From the NCBI GenBank assembly GCA_041662745.1, contig JBAZRV010000002.1, positions 120,001-152,000 of the forward strand: a stretch of 32,000 bases of DNA. The letters are read 5' to 3'. Origin of the DNA: Patescibacteria group bacterium (GTDB lineage Bacteria > Patescibacteriota > Patescibacteriia > 2-01-FULL-39-33). A model generated the notes under the pieces. The model saw only the letters and a list, made by a program, of their open reading frames with translations. It had not been told where the DNA came from and ran no database searches. The position numbers and the translations under genes are program-made. This document shows, piece after piece, positions 26,159-32,000 of the stretch (positions are counted from its first letter, which is position 1; each line of letters starts with the position of its first letter).

Positions 26159-26987
26159 AGAGGTATTTTTCAATTGATTGGCAATCGTATGAGTTTAATA
26201 AATAAATTAATTTTTTCCAACTATTCTTAGTATTGAAAAATTTTATGATTTTTTTTATGATTGGCATTGAAATATCTGGCGGTTTGGCTAGGAAATCAAA
26301 GGGATGAAAATGGATAGTGGTTGCACCTTGAGTGGTCTTTTTTGTTAACATTTTTTTAAAAATTTTCCAAGGTGTAATTCTTATGTAGATACCGCCGGTC
26401 ACTGGCCAATTAAGAAGTGACCCGCTATATACGGCCAAAGGAAACTCGTATAGATGTTTGTTTATTAAATAGGGCAATCGCGGCGCTTTCTTGATACCGT
26501 AGGTGCTGTTTGGAAAAATCAGGGACGTGAGTCTTGGTAATTTTAGCGGAAAAACAGAGGAGTCATATCTTAACTGGTTGTCTTCAAGCACTTTTATGAC
26601 CCAATTTTGGTTATCATTAGTTAAAGAAAAATTAACAGCGCGATGACCCAGTACGGCCTTTCCGGTTAAAGAAAGTATTTTTTCTTTCATGATCTTAATT
26701 TCTTGATCAAAGTTTTGATAATTCTTTACCCAAAGTGGGCGATGATCAAAGGAGTGAATGGCAATTTCGTGTCCATGCACAGCGAGTTTTTTTATCATCG
26801 CCGGTTCTTGTTCAATAACTTTCCCAGTGACGAAGAAAGTCGCAGTCGCTTGGTTGGATTTAAGAGCGGCAATCAGTTGATCGACAAATTCTTCTAAATG
26901 TTCAGTTTCTGATCCATTAAGATGGGGTTGGAGGGATAATGATTCAAACCAGTATTCAAGATCAAAAGTCAGAATGAGTTGTTTCAT
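26139..26987 (-). CDS. Polysaccharide deacetylase family protein (CE4-like)
   Basis: LTFDLEYWFE at the N-terminus, ATFFVTGKV, HGHEIAIHSFDH (H-S-x-x-H), GHRAVNFS. It resembles the FDVEDYF-type CE4 subgroup. Confidence 0.75.
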   Translation of the reverse strand: MKQLILTFDLEYWFESLSLQPHLNGSETEHLEEFVDQLIAALKSNQATATFFVTGKVIEQEPAMIKKLAVHGHEIAIHSFDHRPLWVKNYQNFDQEIKIMKEKILSLTGKAVLGHRAVNFSLTNDNQNWVIKVLEDNQLRYDSSVFPLKLPRLTSLIFPNSTYGIKKAPRLPYLINKHLYEFPLAVYSGSLLNWPVTGGIYIRITPWKIFKKMLTKKTTQGATTIHFHPFDFLAKPPDISMPIIKKIIKFFNTKNSWKKLIYLLNSYDCQSIEKYLYENTLD

Positions 26988-26999
26988 AAGAGCTTTTCT

Positions 27000-27875
27000 T
27001 TAGCGGTAGATTTCTCTTCTTAAGGCGGCAATCTGATCGGCTAAAAGTCCAAAAAAGAAAATAATAATAGCGGATAAGACAACTAAAATAGTACTTTTGG
27101 CGATGTTATTCATAATTAATCCGGCAATTAGCATAATTAATCCGGTTAGCCCCAAAAGCAGGCCGATTGGCAGGAAAAATCTAAGTGGGGAAAAGAGCAT
27201 TGTTAGACGCATGACCAGGATTAGGTAAGTAAAAAATTCCCTGGGCTTAACCATGCTTTTGCCACCGCCTCGTTTGTCGATTTGGATTGGAATAAATTTT
27301 ACATTAAGCCCTTCTTTTATGAAAGCGAAAAGGGAAGTCGTAGAGCAAGAAAAACCATTAGGTAGAATGTGTGAGAACCTAAGAAATTCATTTTTTTTGA
27401 TCAACCTTAAACCGCAATTAAAATCAGAAATTTTTTTGTTTAAAAGGTATATCGCTAACCAATGTATAAGTTTTTTTCCGGGTTGCCTTAGCCAGGGGCC
27501 TTGGTAGCCGACGCGTTCACCGGAAATCAGATCGAAATTATCCATAAAGGGAACCATTTCTTTAATGTATTCCGGGCGATGTTGGCCGTCTGCATCAAAA
27601 AATATTAGCCACTCGGACTGGGCAGTTTTGGCGCCGGTTTTGAGCGCAGCACCATAACCCTTATTGTAGGGTTGAACGATTATTTTTATATCGGTAATAT
27701 TTTTTAAAATATCCGAAGTATTGTCAGTTGAAGCATCATTGACGACAATAATCTCGAAATTTAATGACAAATTGTTGATGGAATTTTTAAGCCCCTCGAT
27801 AGTTTTGCCGATCGTCTCCGCCTCATTGTAGGCAGGTATAATGATTGAAAGGGATTTTTCTGATGTTTCTGGCAT
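27000..27875 (-). CDS. GT2 polyprenyl-phosphate glycosyltransferase (GtrB/ArnC/DPM1-like)
   Basis: LSIIIPAYNEAETIGKTI, VVNDASTDNT, FFDADGQH, and two C-terminal transmembrane helices (LFSPLRFFLPIGLLLGLTGLIMLIAGL..). This is the architecture of GtrB-type enzymes. Confidence 0.85.
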   Translation of the reverse strand: MPETSEKSLSIIIPAYNEAETIGKTIEGLKNSINNLSLNFEIIVVNDASTDNTSDILKNITDIKIIVQPYNKGYGAALKTGAKTAQSEWLIFFDADGQHRPEYIKEMVPFMDNFDLISGERVGYQGPWLRQPGKKLIHWLAIYLLNKKISDFNCGLRLIKKNEFLRFSHILPNGFSCSTTSLFAFIKEGLNVKFIPIQIDKRGGGKSMVKPREFFTYLILVMRLTMLFSPLRFFLPIGLLLGLTGLIMLIAGLIMNNIAKSTILVVLSAIIIFFFGLLADQIAALRREIYR

Positions 27876-27883
27876 AATAATTT

Positions 27884-28879
27884 TTAGGATTTATTAAATT
27901 CAACATGCCAACCCATAAAATCAGATTGACTTAGTGAACAATTCTGGCATAGCTTATATTTTTTGCATAAACCATCTTTTCTAACTTGTTTTGCTTCGGG
28001 GCTGAAGAATTGTTTCAACAATTTCGATCCTTTAATATTAGGCATTTTGACATCGGTATTCACATCAATACAGCAAAGTCCCAGATCGCCATTCCAGCAA
28101 ACAACGGCCTGAGTCAGCGGTACGGTGCAGACGGTTTTTTTGATTTTTGATTTTTTTCGTAAATATTTTTCATTTTTTGGCAGTAGATACTGGTATTTAT
28201 CACGCATCTCCAGTGTTGTCACCGAACCCAAGCTTAAGGATTTAAATTGGATGCTGTCAGCCCCAATGGATCGTGCCCAATCCAGGATTTTAGTATTTTC
28301 ATTTTCCGAAAACGATGTTAATAGGGATTGAATACAAACGCTCGGATACTGACGATTCAAGTTGCGTTTTATTGTTAAGAAATTTTCAATATTTTGTTTA
28401 ACTGTTTCAAAATTAGAGCCAAAACGGTAGGCCTCATGTGATTCTTTAGTGGCGCCATCAAGGCAGAGATGAATTAATTTTAAATCCGCCGCTATTATTT
28501 TTTTTGATAATTCTTCTGATAGCATCATGGCGTTGGTGCTTAAGAAGGTGTCATGACTATGCTGGCTGGCATAAGCAATAAATTGATCGATTTGAGGATG
28601 AAGCAATGGTTCGCCGGCAAAAATAAAAGTTATTCGCGGCTTATCTTGAAATTCTTTAAATTCGTCAATAATTGATTTATACATTTCAAAATCCATAAAA
28701 CCTCGTTCGCGGTTCATGGCAAAGTTCGTGGGACAGACCGGACAACGCAGATTACAATTATTTGTCACTTCAATCGCAATATCCTTAGGCGACTTGTCAA
28801 AGTTGCTTAATGGATAAAAGTTAGCCATGAGGCCAGCTATATCCCAAAAAAATTGAGATTTTTTAAGCTGTTTTATCAT
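27884..28879 (-). CDS. Radical SAM protein with SPASM-type C-terminal Cys cluster
   Basis: EVTNNCNLRCPVCPT (CxxxCxxC). The C-terminus has CTVPLTQAVVCWNGDLGLCC (Cx12Gx4C) plus GLCKKYKLCQNC. Confidence 0.85.
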   Translation of the reverse strand: MIKQLKKSQFFWDIAGLMANFYPLSNFDKSPKDIAIEVTNNCNLRCPVCPTNFAMNRERGFMDFEMYKSIIDEFKEFQDKPRITFIFAGEPLLHPQIDQFIAYASQHSHDTFLSTNAMMLSEELSKKIIAADLKLIHLCLDGATKESHEAYRFGSNFETVKQNIENFLTIKRNLNRQYPSVCIQSLLTSFSENENTKILDWARSIGADSIQFKSLSLGSVTTLEMRDKYQYLLPKNEKYLRKKSKIKKTVCTVPLTQAVVCWNGDLGLCCIDVNTDVKMPNIKGSKLLKQFFSPEAKQVRKDGLCKKYKLCQNCSLSQSDFMGWHVEFNKS

Positions 28880-28949
28880 AATAAAATTTTACAAATTAAC
28901 GATCGCGGTATAAATCATATTTTTTAGCTTTGTTGCGTACTGAAATAAA

Positions 28950-30299
28950 TCACTGTCCTCGGCCGCCAAAAACAACCCCAATCGTCTTTAAGGTGATGCT
29001 TAAATCAAGAAGCAGCGAGCGGTTTTTTATATAATATAAATCATATTTTAGTTTTTCCACAGTTTCCTTTTGTGAACCGCCGTAAGCCGGACCCAGTAGC
29101 TGTGCCCAGCCGGCCAGTCCTGGTTTGACTAAGAGCCGTTCGCTGTAGAATGGTATCTCTTGCGCTAGGGTAGCAGTAAATTCCGGTCGTTCCGGCCTGG
29201 GGCCGATCAGTGACATTTCGCCCCGGAGAATATTAAGCAATTGAGGAATTTCGTCCAACCTGGTTTTTCTCATTATCCGGCCGAAACGGGTAACGCGCGC
29301 GTCATTTTTTGTCGCCCATTGAGCGCCGTTTTTTTCGGCATCCTTGACCATGGAACGGAACTTCATCGCCAAGAACTCCTTGCCATTTTTGCCCACCCGG
29401 ATTTGCCGGAAAATAACTGGTCCAGGGCTTTCTATCTTAATAATTAAAGCGATAAACGGCATTAGTGGGGTAGCAACTATTAAACCGGCAATTGCTAGAA
29501 TAACGTCTATTAGGCGCTTGAAAATCTCATAGGATTTTTTGGAGTTTTCAGTCAGGTTTTCCAAAAACCAGCCCAGCTCAATGGATTCTACCGGAACTTT
29601 CTGCGCAATGGTCTCGTAAAAATCAGTTAACCGATGCACGTCAATGCCCAGTGACAAGCAGTCAAAAATTTTCTTGGCGGTTGAGGCATCAGCATGCAGG
29701 GTATTATCGGCAGTTAAAATATCAATATTATTATCTATGCAATATTTTTTTAGATCTTCAGGTATCTGGCTGCTTACTTGCGCGACATAGCCCAACTGAG
29801 GCCGTTTTTTTATTTCTTCCAGCAGTTCGGCGGATAACGGATTATTGCCGATAATCAATACGTGGTTGGCGATTTGCGGCGATTTGATTAAACCGTAGAA
29901 TATTTTACGCCAACCAAATAAGAGAATAAAAGTTACAACCAAATCAATTATCAAGACCCTCTGCGGTTTAATTGAGGGGAAAAGTGGTGCGAGGAAATAA
30001 AATAAAAGGACAGCGATAATGCCGTTGATGATTATGGCTCGGCCGTAATTAGTCAAAAGCGAAAAATTATTGTAACTGATTTTAAGTTCGTAAAAATCAC
30101 TGATATAAAAAACCAATAGCCAAGCCATAAAGATAAATAAAAACGCTCCAGCATGGGTCGGCCAGTTTTCTGATGTGGTATTGCCCCAGTAACGCAAGAC
30201 CAATGTTAAATAAAGCGCCAGATAAAGGCAGCCAATGTCGCCCAAAAACAAGAAGAATTTTTTGGTTTTTAGTATAAAACCAGTCATAGGATTAATCAA
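28950..30299 (-). CDS. Polyprenyl-phosphate sugar-phosphate transferase (WbaP/CpsE-type initiating phosphoglycosyltransferase)
   Basis: N-terminal TM helices, a central Rossmann-like segment (HVLIIGNNPLSAELL) and a C-terminal bacterial sugar transferase domain (KRLIDVILAIAGL..., FRQIRVGKNGKEF, KFRSM, DEIPQLLNILRGEMSLIGPRPERPEF). The start is TTG at 30299 or ATG at 30287. Confidence 0.9.
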   Translation of the reverse strand: MINPMTGFILKTKKFFLFLGDIGCLYLALYLTLVLRYWGNTTSENWPTHAGAFLFIFMAWLLVFYISDFYELKISYNNFSLLTNYGRAIIINGIIAVLLFYFLAPLFPSIKPQRVLIIDLVVTFILLFGWRKIFYGLIKSPQIANHVLIIGNNPLSAELLEEIKKRPQLGYVAQVSSQIPEDLKKYCIDNNIDILTADNTLHADASTAKKIFDCLSLGIDVHRLTDFYETIAQKVPVESIELGWFLENLTENSKKSYEIFKRLIDVILAIAGLIVATPLMPFIALIIKIESPGPVIFRQIRVGKNGKEFLAMKFRSMVKDAEKNGAQWATKNDARVTRFGRIMRKTRLDEIPQLLNILRGEMSLIGPRPERPEFTATLAQEIPFYSERLLVKPGLAGWAQLLGPAYGGSQKETVEKLKYDLYYIKNRSLLLDLSITLKTIGVVFGGRGQ

Positions 30300-30310
30300 T
30301 TAACGAACTA

Positions 30311-30339
30311 TTTATACCATATTTAGGAAGAAAAAACAA
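30311..30339 (-). promoter_or_regulatory. Promoter candidate for the minus arm (TTGTTT-17 nt-TATAAA with upstream TG)
   Basis: On the minus strand: TTGTTT (30339-30334), a 17-nt spacer ending in TGG, and TATAAA (30316-30311). It lies about 12-24 nt upstream of the candidate starts. Confidence 0.4.
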
Positions 30340-30340
30340 G

Positions 30341-30369
30341 TTTTATCTTAATTTAATTTGTGTTATAAT
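30341..30369 (+). promoter_or_regulatory. Extended -10 promoter candidate for the GtrA-family gene (TGTTATAAT)
   Basis: TGnTATAAT at 30361-30369 and a weak -35 (TTTTAT, 30341-30346). The ATG at 30396 lies 27 nt downstream. Confidence 0.4.
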
Positions 30370-30395
30370 GAAACAGGGTCAAATGCCCGCTTTTT

Positions 30396-30827
30396 ATGTT
30401 AAAGACGTTAAAGGAAAAAATTTACCTGTTGCCGTTATTCAAGCGATCATTATTCAGGCAATTCATTAAGTTCTGCTTGGTTGGCACATCCAATTTCTTT
30501 GTTGATTTGGGCGTATATTGGCTGATGACTCGTTTGTTCGGCCTTCATTATCTTATTGCTTCGGTTATTTCTTTTTCCGTAGCCGTTACTTGGAGTTTTG
30601 AATTTAACCGTAAATGGACTTTCCGCCATCATAACAATAATCTAAAGCGACAGTACGTTAAATTTTTTATTGCCAATATCGTAAGCTTATCATTGAACTT
30701 GAGCCTTTTAAGCTTATTAATTGAATTAGCGCATGTCCCCGATTTGTGGGCCAAGACCCTTTCCGCTCTTATCGTGGCTATTTTTAATTTCAGCCTAAAC
30801 CGTTTTTGGACCTTTCGTCGCCAATAG
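30396..30827 (+). CDS. GtrA family membrane protein (polyprenyl-phosphate-sugar translocation family)
   Basis: 143 aa with four hydrophobic segments. FIKFCLVGTSNFFVDLGVYW and the C-terminal FNFSLNRFWTF are typical GtrA-like signatures. Confidence 0.8.
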   Translation: MLKTLKEKIYLLPLFKRSLFRQFIKFCLVGTSNFFVDLGVYWLMTRLFGLHYLIASVISFSVAVTWSFEFNRKWTFRHHNNNLKRQYVKFFIANIVSLSLNLSLLSLLIELAHVPDLWAKTLSALIVAIFNFSLNRFWTFRRQ

Positions 30828-30828
30828 C

Positions 30829-30858
30829 TTGTTTGGCAATAAGGAATTATGTTATAAT
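30829..30858 (+). promoter_or_regulatory. Promoter candidate (TTGTTT-18 nt-TATAAT with TG extension)
   Basis: TTGTTT at 30829-30834 and TGTTATAAT at 30850-30858, about 45 nt upstream of the 30904 start. Confidence 0.4.
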
Positions 30859-30903
30859 TTAAGTGTTAAGTTTTAGACTTTAGAAATTTTAACCATCAAG
30901 CCT

Positions 30904-31944
30904 ATGCCAGTTAAGAAGGCGATATTTGATAAAAAAAATATTTTGGTCGTCGGAGGAGCCGGATTTGTCGGTTCCAATCTTTGCGATGAACTGGTCAAGA
31001 CCGCCAAAGTTATCTGTCTTGATAATTTTATTACCGGCGATCAGTCCAATATCGCCCATCTGTTAGCCAATCCTGATTTCAAGTTTATAAATCATGATAT
31101 TATAAATCCGATTGAATTGGAAAGTCGTCCGGAATTAGCCGAGTTTAAAGTTGCTTTTCAGGGGGTGCAGGAAATTTATTTCTTGGCTTCGCCGACATCG
31201 CCCAAGGCTTATGTGGCACATCCGATAGAAACATTGTTAGTCAATTCAGTCGGCTTACGACACGCTTTGGATTTGGCGGTTAAGTACGAATCATCTATTT
31301 TATTCGCTTCGGCGCCGGCGGTTTATGGCGCCGGCACCGGTCCCATGCCGATCAAAGAGGATTATGTCGGTCCGGTTGATCAGTTCGGACCGCGCGCCTG
31401 TTATGCTGAGGCCAAGCGTTTTGGCGAGGCTTTAGTTAACAATTATCGTTTGACTCATAAGGTAAACACCAAGATAGCCAGGATTTTCAATTGCTATGGT
31501 CCGCGTTTGAGCTTAACCGACGGCCGAATGATTCCAGAAATGATTTCTGCCGCTTACAGCGGAACGGCAATCACTGTTTATGGCCAGGAAAGCGAGTTTG
31601 CTTCTTACTTTTATATTACCGATTTAATCCGCGGATTGATGAAATTGATGGAAAGCGGGGAAAGCGGTCCGGTCAATATGGCATCGGAATGGAAGATGGG
31701 CGTAACCGAAATCGCCAAAAAAATCATTGCCTTGACTAATTCTAAATCAGTGATTGAGTTTAAGGATCGTCCGGCTCATTTTGAAGCCCAGCCCCTGGCT
31801 AATATTTCTTTGGCTAAAGAAAAATTGGGTTGGTTCCCGATAATTTTAATGGATGAAGGCTTGCAAAAGACCATTGATTATTTAAGCGCGCAAAAGGGGA
31901 TTAGGCGTCCGGAAACAACCCTCGGTTCCGGCCGGGCGATTTAG
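30904..31944 (+). CDS. Extended SDR, UDP-glucuronate decarboxylase (UXS/ArnA-C)-like but with non-canonical active-site segment
   Basis: VVGGAGFVGSNL (GxxGxxG), CLDNFITG, CYAEAKRFGE (YxxxK), RIFNCYGPR, LAKEKLGW. The position of the canonical STSEVYG reads ASAPAVYG. Confidence 0.8.
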   Translation: MPVKKAIFDKKNILVVGGAGFVGSNLCDELVKTAKVICLDNFITGDQSNIAHLLANPDFKFINHDIINPIELESRPELAEFKVAFQGVQEIYFLASPTSPKAYVAHPIETLLVNSVGLRHALDLAVKYESSILFASAPAVYGAGTGPMPIKEDYVGPVDQFGPRACYAEAKRFGEALVNNYRLTHKVNTKIARIFNCYGPRLSLTDGRMIPEMISAAYSGTAITVYGQESEFASYFYITDLIRGLMKLMESGESGPVNMASEWKMGVTEIAKKIIALTNSKSVIEFKDRPAHFEAQPLANISLAKEKLGWFPIILMDEGLQKTIDYLSAQKGIRRPETTLGSGRAI

Positions 31945-31947
31945 CTT

Positions 31948-32000
31948 ATGAAATTGGCGATAATTATTCCGGCTTATAACGAAGCGGAAAAAATAAGCTC
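31948..32000 (+). CDS. GT2 glycosyltransferase, 5' fragment (runs off the window)
   Basis: MKLAIIIPAYNEAEKIS shares the IIIPAYNEAE N-terminal motif with the GtrB-like GT2 at 27000-27875. Only 17 codons are visible. Confidence 0.55.
   Translation, partial: MKLAIIIPAYNEAEKIS

Noticed and set aside
26139-26987. Possibly degenerate CE4 motif 1 (TFDLEYWF, where related deacetylases have FDVEDYF), hinting at an inactive deacetylase.
   Set aside because: I cannot place the catalytic and metal-binding Asp residues of this subgroup reliably from memory. The His-x-x-x-His motif (HSFDH) is intact. Any claim needs a real alignment.
30383-30469. 28-codon ORF (MPAFYVKDVKGKNLPVAVIQAIIIQAIH) overlapping the GtrA start in another frame.
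   Set aside because: It overlaps a well-supported GtrA-family ORF and has no motifs or translational signals. It is most likely spurious.
1-32000. Searched by eye for CRISPR repeats, tRNA/rRNA-like segments, IS elements, integrases, toxin-antitoxin pairs or defence genes.
   Set aside because: None was seen. Every ORF over 140 aa not nested in a longer ORF is assigned to an envelope-glycan-type family. The four intergenic gaps over 60 nt are explained by promoter-like sequence or are featureless.

Overview
The window is one gene-dense cell-envelope glycan/glycolipid assembly locus with 29 CDS, and it runs off both edges. I saw no rRNA, tRNA, CRISPR array, transposase or integrase. There are three transcription blocks. 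A plus-strand arm of at least 22.5 kb (nt 3-22554) has gaps of 0-25 nt, apart from one 151-nt gap at 19332-19482 that carries a good promoter match. A convergent minus-strand arm runs from 30299 down to 22578. A short plus-strand block starts at a divergent promoter hub (30300-30395). The locus holds 11 glycosyl or phosphoglycosyl transferases: 4 GT4, 3 GT2, 1 GT9, 2 GT-C and 1 WbaP-type initiating transferase. It also holds three unrelated flippase-type membrane proteins (Wzx/MOP, UPF0104/MprF-TM-like, GtrA), two CE4 deacetylases, three class I SAM methyltransferases and one UXS-like SDR. The standout feature is nine radical SAM enzymes, six with an N-terminal B12-binding-type domain and three with SPASM/twitch-type C-terminal Cys clusters. 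The same functional cassette (SPASM rSAM, GT, CE4, two tandem B12-rSAMs, MTase) occurs on both convergent arms. My working hypothesis is a heavily radical-tailored surface glycan system, for example with C-methylated, oxidised or epimerised sugars. I cannot verify novelty without database searches. Other observations are a single-gene AT-rich island (21907-22554), a UXS-like SDR lacking the canonical Thr/Ser-Glu catalytic segment, a perfect 15-bp inverted repeat at the convergence point, and no Shine-Dalgarno motifs at the starts inspected. TGA is used as a stop codon, so this is the standard code. From memory, the N-termini of the GT4s at 2557 and 6138 resemble families common in Patescibacteria/CPR genomes, but taxonomy cannot be established from this window.
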